Under the pieces are notes generated by a model. The model had not been told where the DNA came from. It worked only from the letters and a program-made list of their open reading frames with translations, and searched no databases. Made by a program: the position numbers and the translations under genes. 41,720 bases of DNA from an uncultured Candidatus Saccharibacteria bacterium (GTDB lineage: Bacteria > Patescibacteriota > Minisyncoccia > Ryanbacterales > 2-02-FULL-48-12). The stretch spans positions 1 to 41,720 of the forward strand of contig CAYGFT010000002.1 in the NCBI GenBank assembly GCA_964349275.1, written 5' to 3'. Positions 1-9,314 of this stretch are shown piece by piece. Every line of letters begins with the position of its first letter. Within the stretch, counting starts at the first letter, position 1.

Positions 1-2
1 GT

Positions 3-710
3 ATATACTCTTCAATGGATGGGGTCGGGTATCACGAGGTAATTGTCACACGCGAACATGAGGAGAGTTTGGGTCTCATGTCGGTTGCTGAAGCAGAGCT
101 CGTGATTCGTGCCTATAAAGAGCGATATATGTCGGTCAAGAGCGATCCTTGCCTTGCGTATGTATTGGTATTTCATAATCATGGGCATGAAGCGGGGGCG
201 TCTGTGCCGCATCCACACTCACAGATTATTGCGCTCCCCATCGTGCCACCTGATGTGGTGCGGAGTTTTGAGGGCTCGGAGCGGTTTTTTAAGCGGGAAG
301 AGGCGTGCGTGCATTGTCGAGTAGTTGCCGAAGAGCTTAAACTGGGCGAGCGTATCGTGTATGAGAATGAGCGATTTGTGGCTCTGGCGCCTTATGCCTC
401 GCATAGTTCGTTTGAGTTACGGATATATCCCAAGCGGCACAGTCCGCGTTTTGAAACATTATCTGATAAAGATATGCGACATCTTGCCGATGCCCTTACC
501 AGGATTTTGAAAAAATTGCACAAGGCGCTCAATGACCCCGCATATAATTTTTTTATTCATACCGCCCCACTTATCGGAGAAGCTGGTCAAAATTATCATT
601 GGCACTTAGAGATATTACCCAAAACTTCTACACCAGCAGGTCTCGAGCTTGGGACGGGGGTAGATGTTGTGGTGATTTCGCCCGAGGATGTGCCGCGGAT
701 GCTCAAGTAG
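3..710 (+). CDS. galT: galactose-1-phosphate uridylyltransferase (HIT-superfamily GalT), 5' end cut by the window edge
   Basis: The frame is open from position 3 with no upstream stop. HPHSQ (HxHxQ nucleotidyl-histidine motif) occurs in GASVPHPHSQIIALP. CVHC pair, FVALAPYAS, YNFFIHTAP and HWHLEILPK are typical GalT blocks. Confidence 0.85.
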   Translation: MYSSMDGVGYHEVIVTREHEESLGLMSVAEAELVIRAYKERYMSVKSDPCLAYVLVFHNHGHEAGASVPHPHSQIIALPIVPPDVVRSFEGSERFFKREEACVHCRVVAEELKLGERIVYENERFVALAPYASHSSFELRIYPKRHSPRFETLSDKDMRHLADALTRILKKLHKALNDPAYNFFIHTAPLIGEAGQNYHWHLEILPKTSTPAGLELGTGVDVVVISPEDVPRMLK

Positions 711-725
711 GATATATCAATACAT

Positions 726-1514
726 ATGAAAAGTTCGTTTGCAAAAACACTCATAGTTGCTAACTGGAAGCTCTATATCAAAACACAAGCGGAAGCCAGA
801 GCTTTGTATAAGTCTTGTGTGATGATTGCTTCCCAGCTGAAACGTACGGAGATGGTGCTCGCTGTGCCTTTTGTTTTTGTGCCGCATATGGCCAAACGCA
901 AAAATATGCATGTCGGTGCGCAGGATGTTTCTTGGGTTGTCGAAGGAGCTTATACCGGAGAGGTATCCGCACGCATGCTTGCTTCGGTGGGTGCTACACA
1001 TGTCGTTGCAGGGCATTCAGAGCGTAGAGACTTAGCGGGAGATACGGATGAGCGAGTAGCGCAAAAAGTAAAAGCCGCACTTGGCGCTGGACTGTGGGTG
1101 ATCCTTTGTGTCGGCGAGCGTGAGCGTGCGACCGATGGGTCATCTCTTGCGGTGGTCAAACGTGAGTTACTCGCGAGTCTCAAAGGTGTCAGTCGTACGC
1201 TTGCTGGCCGTCTCATCGTTGCCTATGAGCCGATCTGGGCTATTAGTGCGCATCATCCCAAATCGGTAGATACGCCGGAGAGTACTTTGGAGATGGCGAT
1301 CTATATCCGTAAAATCTTGCACGATCTCTATGGAAAAGCTACGGCTTCCCGAATCCGTGTTTTGTATGGAGGATCGGTAACTCCAGAAAATATCCGTGGA
1401 TTTTTGGAACGTGGTGGTGTGGACGGAGCTCTTGTGGGGCACGCGAGTGCAAGTGCCAGGAAATTTACACACATACTTCATGAGGCAGAGACGAGCTACT
1501 CGCAAGATGTATGA
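726..1514 (+). CDS. tpiA: triosephosphate isomerase
   Basis: VANWKLY, GHSERR, CVGE, AYEPIWAI and YGGSV signature blocks. The stop overlaps the pgk start (ATGA). Confidence 0.95.
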   Translation: MKSSFAKTLIVANWKLYIKTQAEARALYKSCVMIASQLKRTEMVLAVPFVFVPHMAKRKNMHVGAQDVSWVVEGAYTGEVSARMLASVGATHVVAGHSERRDLAGDTDERVAQKVKAALGAGLWVILCVGERERATDGSSLAVVKRELLASLKGVSRTLAGRLIVAYEPIWAISAHHPKSVDTPESTLEMAIYIRKILHDLYGKATASRIRVLYGGSVTPENIRGFLERGGVDGALVGHASASARKFTHILHEAETSYSQDV

Positions 1515-2653
1515 AACACGCACTGCCGCAATTATCTACTGAGCGTCTTGAGGGTAAGCGTGCGCTCATACGCGTAGATTTTAATGTACCACTTATCCGT
1601 GGGCGAATTGTAGATGATTTCCGTATTGTCATGACACTTCCGGCGTTGCTCGACTTGGAGCGGCGGGGTGCTACGATTACGATCCTAGGGCACCTTACCG
1701 AGAAAAAACGTCATCGAAGTTTTGCCCCTATGCGAAAAGCTCTGGAGCGGCTTTGCGGACGCAAAATTCTCCTGGCGCGGAGCGTGGAGGAGGCAATACT
1801 CCTTCAGCAAAGAGCTGATCGTAAAACTTGGATACTTTTGGAGAATTTGCGCGTATTCCCCGGGGAGGAAAAAAATAGCGCGCTATTCGCCCGCACACTT
1901 GCGACGCTTGGAGATGTGTATATCAATGAGGCATTTTCGCAATCGCACCGACCCTATGCCTCAATTGCACGTCTCCCCGGTTTTTTGCCGGCATATGCAG
2001 GGCCATTATTCTCTCGTGAAGTGGCCCATCTTTCAGAAGTACTTGATCCCGAACATCCTTTTTTGTGTATCGTAGGAGGCGTGAAGTTTAAAACCAAAGT
2101 GGCGGTACTGGATCGCTTTATGAAAAAAGCAGACGAGGTATTTGTGGGTGGGGGACTCGCCAATACCTTTCTGGATGCCGCTGGCTATGAGGTGGGTGTA
2201 TCTCCGATCGAAAAAGATGCGGAGCAAAACATCCGCCGTAAGTTTCTCTCCCAGAAAAATTTGATACTGCCATTTGATGTGGTAGTCAAAGGGCACAAGC
2301 AAAAATCAGTAGAGGCGGTATCCGCGCACGATAGGATTTATGATGCGGGTCCCGAGACGGTACGTATTTTGAAAGGAAAAATTGCATCTGCGCGTATGGT
2401 ACTTTGGAATGGTCCGCTTGGATTTATCGAGCAGGGATATGGGCAGGCGACCGAGGATTTGATTCGTGCGCTCGCCGGAGCAAAAGCAAAAACCGTCGTG
2501 GGAGGTGGGGACACGCTTGCGGTGATACATCGCTACAAACTGGAAAAAAAGTTTTATCATATCTCGACTGGCGGCGGGGCTATGCTTGAGTTTCTTGGGC
2601 GAGGAACACTTCCGGGGATTGAGGCATTGCTCGCCGAGCATAAACGGCGCTAA
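1511..2653 (+). CDS. pgk: phosphoglycerate kinase
   Basis: RVDFNVPL N-terminal motif, NEAFSQSHR, GGGLANTFL, WNGPLG, GGGDT and STGGGA blocks. Confidence 0.95.
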   Translation: MKHALPQLSTERLEGKRALIRVDFNVPLIRGRIVDDFRIVMTLPALLDLERRGATITILGHLTEKKRHRSFAPMRKALERLCGRKILLARSVEEAILLQQRADRKTWILLENLRVFPGEEKNSALFARTLATLGDVYINEAFSQSHRPYASIARLPGFLPAYAGPLFSREVAHLSEVLDPEHPFLCIVGGVKFKTKVAVLDRFMKKADEVFVGGGLANTFLDAAGYEVGVSPIEKDAEQNIRRKFLSQKNLILPFDVVVKGHKQKSVEAVSAHDRIYDAGPETVRILKGKIASARMVLWNGPLGFIEQGYGQATEDLIRALAGAKAKTVVGGGDTLAVIHRYKLEKKFYHISTGGGAMLEFLGRGTLPGIEALLAEHKRR

Positions 2654-2714
2654 ACTAAAAAGTAAATATTAGCGTGTCAGACAAAACGAAGCTTCACATG
2701 ATAAGGAGGGAAGT

Positions 2715-3077
2715 ATGTATACAGAGGATAGGTTGCGTCTCGTAGAGCTCCTCGGTCTTGTCGTGAAAGAGTCGTCTCCGCATGGAGAGATACCTGAGGC
2801 CGCAGAACCTCTTGCCAAAGCGCTGATTGGAGCGATTCTCTATAATGATCCTTTATTTTTTGGAAGTGCGGTGACGAGCTTACTGCGTCAGCTGATTGAA
2901 AAGGCGAAATCTCGTGATACCTGGGTGACCGAGGAAGAATGGCGAAGGGCTGAGGTATTAGTATTGCTTTTGGAGCGAAGTTTCAGAGATCGCGATGCGG
3001 CGATTGCGCAGGAAATTGCTTTAAGGAGACGCAACACTCCGGAGGTATTAGAACATACTTTTCGTGAAGCGGCGTAG
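2715..3077 (+). CDS. hypothetical protein (120 aa, helical, acidic/basic)
   Basis: Strong SD (AAGGAGG) lies 5-6 nt upstream of the ATG. A canonical terminator hairpin follows immediately. No recognisable family. Confidence 0.6.
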   Translation: MYTEDRLRLVELLGLVVKESSPHGEIPEAAEPLAKALIGAILYNDPLFFGSAVTSLLRQLIEKAKSRDTWVTEEEWRRAEVLVLLLERSFRDRDAAIAQEIALRRRNTPEVLEHTFREAA

Positions 3078-3106
3078 GTCGGCGAGTGCCGACTTTTTCT
3101 TTTTTG
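3078..3106 (+). terminator. rho-independent terminator
   Basis: GTCGGC-GAGT-GCCGAC hairpin (3078-3093) followed by TTTTTCTTTTTT. Confidence 0.75.
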
Positions 3107-3129
3107 GGGTGCTCATATATACTAATCAC

Positions 3130-4836
3130 ATGGCGGCAAAGCATTGGGTTATTCGAGCATTCCCCGAGGATGAGATGCAGGCGGTATTTTCTGGTGAGCC
3201 CGCTATTGTTCAGCGGTTACTCTGGCGGCAGGATATCCGTACCCGAGAGGCGGCGGATGTTTTTTTGTCCCCGGATTATGTGGCGCATGTTCATGATCCC
3301 TTTTTGCTCAAAGATATGGAGCGGGCGGTCTCGCGTATTACAGATGCGATACGGTCCAACGAAAAAATCATCATCTTCGGTGACTATGATGCGGACGGTA
3401 TCTGCGGCTCGGTCGTATTCCATGATTTTTTTCGTGCGGTAGATTTTGCTAATTTCCAAAATTATATTCCGCACCGGTATGAGGAGGGATATGGGCTGAA
3501 AATGCGTCATATCGAGGAGTTTGCCTCTGGAGGAGCCAAGCTTTTGATTACGATTGATTGCGGGGTTACCAATTACAAAGAGATCGAACGCGCGAGTGTG
3601 TTGGGCATGGATGTCATTGTGATTGATCATCATATTGTACCGCCGCAATGGCCGCCGGCGTATGCCATTATCGACTACAAGCATCCAGATGATGCCTACC
3701 CCTCCAAATATTTATCGGGTGCGGGGCTTGCATTTAAAGTAGTGCAAGGCATCCTCGTGCGTGGTACTTGGCCGGTGACACTGGAGTGGTCCAAATGGCT
3801 TTTAGATGTAGTAGCCATCGCAGGTGTTGCGGATATGGTGCCGATTCTTGGTGAAAATCGCGTCTTGGTGCATTACGGCCTCAAGGTGCTCTCCCGGGCG
3901 CGCAGAGCTGGTCTTAAAGAGTTGTACCGTACCCAACGCATGGGAGTGAACCCAACGATTACCTCGGATACGATCGGGTTTACTATTGCGCCGCGGATCA
4001 ATGCCGCATCCCGCATGGGGCACGCAACTACGGGATTTGAATTTCTCACTACCGAGTCGAGCGAGGAGGCGCGTTGGCTGGTGACGCGTCTTGAGGGAGA
4101 AAACGAAGATCGTAAAAAATTAGTCGAGGAGATTTGCATAGAGTTAAAAAAAGAAATTGCAAAACTTTCCGAGCTCCCGCCCGTGTTTTATTTTGGCAAA
4201 AAAGAATGGTTGCCGGGAGTTTTGGGAATCGCGGCTACGCGTTTGGTCGAAGAGTATGGGCGCTCGGCATTTCTCTATGGTGGTGCGCCGGATCACATAA
4301 AAGGATCTTGTCGCACGGCAAGTGGTATCAATGCGGTGGAGGTGATGCGAGCATGCGCGGATACGCTTTTGGATTTTGGCGGGCATCAGGCGGCGGGAGG
4401 ATTCTCTTTGGAAGAAAAAAATGTCGGCGCGTTTGGTTGTAAGCTCCGTGAGGTGATAGCACGCGAGCTTGATAATCCCCAACCAGTTGAGATTGTTTTG
4501 GAGGCAGAGCTTCGTGCGGGGGATGTTACCTGGGAGGCGTTTAATACAGTGGAGCGTTTTCAGCCATTTGGACAGGAGAATAAAAAACCACTTTTTCTCT
4601 TGCGGGATGCCCAAGTAGTATCTGCTCAAGTATTTGGGAGTGGCGGTAAGCACTTGCGTCTGGGACTCGCGGATAATGCACGGACGGTCTCGGCACTCAA
4701 ATTTAACGCGCCGCGTGAGTGGATGGATGTGGTCGCAGTGGGCGCGCATGTGGATGCGGTAGTATCGTTTGATCTTAATGAGTGGAATGGTAATCGCGAG
4801 CTTCGTCTGCGTCTTGAGGATATCCGGTTGAGTTAG
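3130..4836 (+). CDS. recJ: single-stranded-DNA-specific exonuclease RecJ (DHH/DHHA1)
   Basis: IIIFGDYDADGICG (DHH motif I/II), ITIDCG, VIDHH and GGHQAAGGF (DHHA1). The ATG at 3130 is chosen because the GTG at 3064 would read through the upstream terminator. Confidence 0.9.
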   Translation: MAAKHWVIRAFPEDEMQAVFSGEPAIVQRLLWRQDIRTREAADVFLSPDYVAHVHDPFLLKDMERAVSRITDAIRSNEKIIIFGDYDADGICGSVVFHDFFRAVDFANFQNYIPHRYEEGYGLKMRHIEEFASGGAKLLITIDCGVTNYKEIERASVLGMDVIVIDHHIVPPQWPPAYAIIDYKHPDDAYPSKYLSGAGLAFKVVQGILVRGTWPVTLEWSKWLLDVVAIAGVADMVPILGENRVLVHYGLKVLSRARRAGLKELYRTQRMGVNPTITSDTIGFTIAPRINAASRMGHATTGFEFLTTESSEEARWLVTRLEGENEDRKKLVEEICIELKKEIAKLSELPPVFYFGKKEWLPGVLGIAATRLVEEYGRSAFLYGGAPDHIKGSCRTASGINAVEVMRACADTLLDFGGHQAAGGFSLEEKNVGAFGCKLREVIARELDNPQPVEIVLEAELRAGDVTWEAFNTVERFQPFGQENKKPLFLLRDAQVVSAQVFGSGGKHLRLGLADNARTVSALKFNAPREWMDVVAVGAHVDAVVSFDLNEWNGNRELRLRLEDIRLS

Positions 4837-4881
4837 CACGCGCATCTTTTTCTTGTGGAAGTTCTATGCTACGGATAGTGC

Positions 4882-6423
4882 ATGCCCAAAGCGCGTGCTT
4901 TTTTGTATGTACTCTGTAGTTGTATCGCCGGCATAGCGGTACGTTCTTTTTGGCCGATTGCTATTCCCGTAGTGTACGTTTTGATCGCAAGCGCTATGGC
5001 ATCTTTTTCGTATGGGTTACTGGACGCACAGGTACACCAAAAGGCAAAGTTGAATCGTGCGGTAGTGCTTGGCATGATGCTGATGAGTTTTGGGCTCGGC
5101 ATATGGCGGTATGATGCGGTGGAGCTCACCCACCAAGATCCATTTATATTGGGGGATACAGGATCAAGGATTGTACTCGAGGGAATTGTAGCGGAAGAGC
5201 CGCAAGAAAATGCAAATTCACTGCGGCTTGTGATTGAGCTCAAGCAAATAGCGCACGATCAAGGAGTGCGTCCTTTATTGGGGCGGGTTGTCGTGTATGC
5301 GGACGAGTATCCTTCGTATGTATACGGAGACAACTTGCGTCTCTCTGGTGTCTTGGAACGGCCAGAGGCATTTGATGGGTTTGATTATCCTGCATATCTT
5401 AAGTCAAAAGGAGTATACGCGCTCATGCGTCGTCCACAAATAGAGCTGATTGGGCACGATCGAGGAGGCGTAGTATACCAATACTTATTGCGTATAAAAC
5501 AGCGTGTGGAGCAGGGAGTAGAGGAGATAGTACCGGAGCCACACGCTTCATTACTCAAAGGTCTTCTCGTAGGAGCGCGTACCGGCATCCCGGAAGATCT
5601 TTCTTTAGATTTGCAACGTACGGGGACGACTCATATTGTAGCGCTCTCCGGATTCAACATTATGATTATCGCCGAAAACATTGCCGTGCTCATGAGGGTT
5701 TTACATGTTGGGGCTGTAGCGGGGTTTTGGATACCGGTCATATGCGTGATTGGATTTACGGTGATGACGGGAGCGTCTGCTTCCATCGTACGGGCAAGTA
5801 TTATGGGTATTCTCGTACTTATAGCGCGTCGAGAGGGGCGGTCGTATCAGGCGGCTAACGCTATTGTGTGCGCGGGAGCACTGATGATGCTCTATGATCC
5901 GCGGATTCTGCGATTTGATGTAGGATTCCAGCTTTCATTTTTGGCGACATTCGGCATCGTGTATCTTGCGCCAATATTCAAGAGGCGTCTTCTGTGGTTC
6001 CCACAATATTTTGGTATACGCGAGAATCTAGCATCTACACTTGGCGCGCAAGCAAGTGTATTACCGACCCTCGTATACTACTTTGGAACATTGTCGTTTA
6101 TTAGTCCGCTTGCGAATATACTAGTCTTATCATTCATTCCGATCATTATGGCATTTGGTTTTGTGGCAGTGCTTGCGGGGTTTGGCGCATCCCTACTCGG
6201 AATGCTTTTGGGAGGCGTAAGTTATGCTTTACTTTCCTATGAACTTTTTATCATACATGCCCTGGGGTCTCTGCCGTTTGCATCGGTAGACTTAGGGCAT
6301 GTAGGATTTGTACTGTTGGTATCTTTGTATGGAGGAGCCTTTCTTAGGGGGCTGGTGAGTTACCGGCGGACGCAGAAGTATAGAGTGGCATCTGGAGACG
6401 ATGGAGCCCTTGGAGCGCGCTAA
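4882..6423 (+). CDS. comEC: ComEC/Rec2 DNA internalisation protein: N-terminal (DUF4131-like) plus polytopic competence-channel domains only, no MBL domain
   Basis: FDYPAYLKSKGVYA and GTTHIVALSGFNI are ComEC competence-domain blocks. Multiple TM segments. The protein ends without the usual C-terminal metallo-beta-lactamase domain. Confidence 0.8.
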   Translation: MPKARAFLYVLCSCIAGIAVRSFWPIAIPVVYVLIASAMASFSYGLLDAQVHQKAKLNRAVVLGMMLMSFGLGIWRYDAVELTHQDPFILGDTGSRIVLEGIVAEEPQENANSLRLVIELKQIAHDQGVRPLLGRVVVYADEYPSYVYGDNLRLSGVLERPEAFDGFDYPAYLKSKGVYALMRRPQIELIGHDRGGVVYQYLLRIKQRVEQGVEEIVPEPHASLLKGLLVGARTGIPEDLSLDLQRTGTTHIVALSGFNIMIIAENIAVLMRVLHVGAVAGFWIPVICVIGFTVMTGASASIVRASIMGILVLIARREGRSYQAANAIVCAGALMMLYDPRILRFDVGFQLSFLATFGIVYLAPIFKRRLLWFPQYFGIRENLASTLGAQASVLPTLVYYFGTLSFISPLANILVLSFIPIIMAFGFVAVLAGFGASLLGMLLGGVSYALLSYELFIIHALGSLPFASVDLGHVGFVLLVSLYGGAFLRGLVSYRRTQKYRVASGDDGALGAR

Positions 6424-8320
6424 TTGCAGTAAATGGAGAGGCATAGGCAATCTTATAAAGTGTTGCCGCCGAGTCTTGGTCTTCGATGTGCTCAAATGCT
6501 TCACCGAGCCAGATAAGTACAAATGGCGAAGGTGCAGGATATTTTTGTAATACTTGAGTTGTAAGGGCGATGCCATCTTTTGTTTGACCGGCGAGTATTT
6601 TTTTTCTTGCCTCAGAGAGTGGTACAAACAGCGCTTGCATCTCCGCCGGGGAGCGGAGCAGGAGTGCGCGTTCATATATTTTTGTATCTCCAGCTAAGGT
6701 AGCGGCAAGTACCGCATACAGTACATATTCATTGTCTTTTGGTGTGCGGGCCGTAAGCATCATGAATGCCGATGCCGCTTCTTGGTATGCCTGCTTATCC
6801 AAGAGGGCATTCCCATATACAAATGCCGCCTCATCGTTGTCGGGGAGGTTGGGGTATATTTGTGCGATGGTGCGGATGGCTTTGTCCGGTTGTCGCGCGC
6901 GTAGATACGCCCATCCAAGAGTAATAATCTCCCGCTTTTCCATGCTATTATCTCGAGCAAGATCAAGAGCTATCTGGTATTCGCGCAGGGCTTCATCGCT
7001 TGAGCTTTGTTTTTCTAGAGCAACGGCGAGGTTGTGGTGGTTCCGCACGTCATGTGGGTGGACACGCAGAGCGGCGCGCCAAAGGTGCTCTTCGTTTTGC
7101 CAGTCTTTGATGCGCGTATGTGATTGGTAGGCGAGGAATAGGAGTATAAGAAAAGTAGTACCTATGAAACCAAGTTGTACGGTGCGCACCTTTTGCGTAA
7201 AATATTTATCAAAAATCGAATACCCCGCCGCCGTAACTATAAGTGCCAGACCAGGGAGTGCAATATATAAAAAGCGCTCGTTGATAATTTCGCGCAATGG
7301 GTTAAACACATTGTTTACTGGGATAAGGGCGATAAAAAACCAACTGATGCCGAGTAATTGTAGGGGAGCGTACTCTGCAGTATGCTCCGTACGCCACAGA
7401 CGCCACATGTACCAGAGTATCGCTACGATGGCTGTTCCTGAGATTAAAACCCCGCTATCACTAATTGCGTACGATGTGCCAAAAGAGTCGTAGTTGACCG
7501 TAAGATGGTATGGGAGGAGACTAATTTTAATATAGTGGGCGGCACCGCGGATCATGGTAAGTATTGCGCTTCCATAAGATCCTCCCCAAGGAGTTTCTGT
7601 TTGGCTGAATGATCCAAGATACAGTATACGAAGCACGAGATATACGCTACTGCTCACCGAGAGAGAGATGATTGCGCGCCGTGCTATAGGTGTGGACCGT
7701 TGTTGCCGGGAGATGACGGCCGCAAGAAGCGGAATAATGATGGCCTGTTCTTTTGTGCATATCGCGAGAAACGATGCGATAGTGGCACCAGAAATATAGA
7801 GCCATGGTTGTTTGCCTGCTAGAGATTTTGTAAATAGTATGAGTGCGATGAGAGTAAGGCTGGTTGCCCAAAGGGTGGTTTGCTGGGTAATCCAAAGAAT
7901 TGCTTCGGTTCCGGCAGGATGTAGAGCAAATATCAGTGCCGCGATACATGCCATAGATTCTTTGCGAACGAGTAGGGAGACGAAGAAAAAAAACAGTACG
8001 GTATTTAGTATATGCACTCCCATGCTTACTATGTGCCAGCGTCCGGGGTGCATGCCGAGCAGTGACAGCTCTTGTGCGGATATCCATATGCCAAATGGTC
8101 GGTATATGCCGCCCGCATCTTTTACTTGAGATGCCCAGGCGGTTTCGGGATGAGTGATGTATTGTAGAATATTTGGCTCCCGGAGTGCAGTATTTGTTTC
8201 TATGGAGAGATAGTCGTCGTAGACAAATTCATATCGATGTGTTGGCCAAAAAAGCAGACCCACCATACTCACTAGGAAAATTATTATGAATGTATACCGT
8301 AGAGCCGGAGATTTTTTCAT
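6344..8320 (-). CDS. polytopic membrane protein with C-terminal TPR repeats (GT-C / TMTC-PMT-like glycosyltransferase candidate)
   Basis: About 10-11 predicted TM helices. The N-terminal YEFVYDDYLSIETN loop motif is typical of TMTC/DUF1736-type proteins. The C-terminal ~230 aa has TPR-like repeats (ALEKQSSSDEALREYQIALDL..., AYLRARQPDKAIRTIAQIY...). Confidence 0.7.
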   Translation of the reverse strand: MKKSPALRYTFIIIFLVSMVGLLFWPTHRYEFVYDDYLSIETNTALREPNILQYITHPETAWASQVKDAGGIYRPFGIWISAQELSLLGMHPGRWHIVSMGVHILNTVLFFFFVSLLVRKESMACIAALIFALHPAGTEAILWITQQTTLWATSLTLIALILFTKSLAGKQPWLYISGATIASFLAICTKEQAIIIPLLAAVISRQQRSTPIARRAIISLSVSSSVYLVLRILYLGSFSQTETPWGGSYGSAILTMIRGAAHYIKISLLPYHLTVNYDSFGTSYAISDSGVLISGTAIVAILWYMWRLWRTEHTAEYAPLQLLGISWFFIALIPVNNVFNPLREIINERFLYIALPGLALIVTAAGYSIFDKYFTQKVRTVQLGFIGTTFLILLFLAYQSHTRIKDWQNEEHLWRAALRVHPHDVRNHHNLAVALEKQSSSDEALREYQIALDLARDNSMEKREIITLGWAYLRARQPDKAIRTIAQIYPNLPDNDEAAFVYGNALLDKQAYQEAASAFMMLTARTPKDNEYVLYAVLAATLAGDTKIYERALLLRSPAEMQALFVPLSEARKKILAGQTKDGIALTTQVLQKYPAPSPFVLIWLGEAFEHIEDQDSAATLYKIAYASPFTAISALQGLHRLQMPLYTSASAGNSPAP

Positions 8321-8405
8321 GCTGGTATCATACCATGCGTTTTGGTGTGTGTTGGAGTTTCCCTATGGCTTGCCAGAAGATGCCATTACGCGCTAGGAAT
8401 GGTAT

Positions 8406-9275
8406 ATGTCTCGAGTCCAAAAAGCTATTTTGGCGATTCTTGTGGCTTCAGCCAGTGCCATTTGGTATGTCGTTTTGTCGGCGCCGCCGGAGGTACTGAC
8501 TATATATTTTTTTGATGTTGGCCAAGGGGATAGCGCACTCGTTACATCACCGGACGGCACGCAGATTTTGATTGATGGCGGACCGGATGATACGGTACTT
8601 CGTAGATTGGGGGAGGTAATGCCTTTTTATGACCGCTCTCTGGATGCGATTATTTTGACTCACCCACATGCAGATCATGTAAATGGTCTTGTGAATGTTC
8701 TGGAGCGGTATGAGGTTGGTATGGTGGTTGACTCGGGTGCCGTATATGCAACGAGTGCCTACAAGGAGTGGGAGCGCCGTATCAGGGACAAACATATACC
8801 GCATGTCATTGCAGTATCCGGCCAGCGCATGATTGCGGGGGGAGATTTACGGATAGATATGATTGCGCCGCTTGAATCATTCGAAGGCGTTTCGCGCAAA
8901 AATGTGCATGATGCTATGGTGGTTGCAGAGTTGGCATATGGTGAAACGTCGGTGCTATTTACGGGAGATATGGAAGACGATCTAGAGCGAAAACTTTTGT
9001 ATTTCGGAGTATTGCCGAATACAGATATTCTAAAAGTAGGACATCATGGATCAAAGACCTCCACTTCGGAAGTATTACTCAAAGCAGTATCTCCAGAGAT
9101 GACAATTATCTCAAGCGGCGAGAAAAATACATATGGCCACCCGCATGCGGATGTGCTCGCTCGCTTGAGGCAATTTAGCATACCCGTGCATAGAACGGAC
9201 GAGGAGGGGACGATCGTGCTTACTACTGATGGGTCCGGTATGTATGAGGTAACCTCAAAAACGGTAAAGGAATAG
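8406..9275 (+). CDS. membrane-anchored metallo-beta-lactamase fold hydrolase (ComEC C-terminal nuclease-domain homologue)
   Basis: One N-terminal TM, then FFDVGQGDSALV, LTHPHADHVNGL (HxHxDH), FTGDME and VGHHGSKTSTS. These are the blocks normally found at the C-terminus of full-length ComEC. Confidence 0.85.
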   Translation: MSRVQKAILAILVASASAIWYVVLSAPPEVLTIYFFDVGQGDSALVTSPDGTQILIDGGPDDTVLRRLGEVMPFYDRSLDAIILTHPHADHVNGLVNVLERYEVGMVVDSGAVYATSAYKEWERRIRDKHIPHVIAVSGQRMIAGGDLRIDMIAPLESFEGVSRKNVHDAMVVAELAYGETSVLFTGDMEDDLERKLLYFGVLPNTDILKVGHHGSKTSTSEVLLKAVSPEMTIISSGEKNTYGHPHADVLARLRQFSIPVHRTDEEGTIVLTTDGSGMYEVTSKTVKE

Positions 9276-9314
9276 TATTCACAAAGGGTTTTCTCTGTGG
9301 TAGTGTGGGTGCAT

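Noticed and set aside
3064-3129. Long N-terminal extensions offered by the ORF track. Examples are recJ 3064, ndk 9297, 9919, 10355, 11676, 17614, 27885, 32704 and 36950.
   Set aside because: Several extensions overlap the preceding gene; the recJ and M16 ones read through a terminator hairpin, and the others are low-quality peptide. In each case an internal ATG sits just after the upstream stop and aligns with the expected family N-terminus.
4144-4845. 233-aa minus-strand ORF.
   Set aside because: It is antisense to recJ (DHH/DHHA1 motifs on the plus strand). It is a shadow ORF.
4864-4871. Extra half-site-like 8-mers related to the PaaX-flanking palindrome: TATGCTAC at 4864-4871 just upstream of comEC, and GTGCTACA at 9839-9846.
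   Set aside because: These are single 8-mers without the inverted partner or the TGCTATCGCT core. About one such match is expected by chance in about 83 kb of double-stranded sequence.
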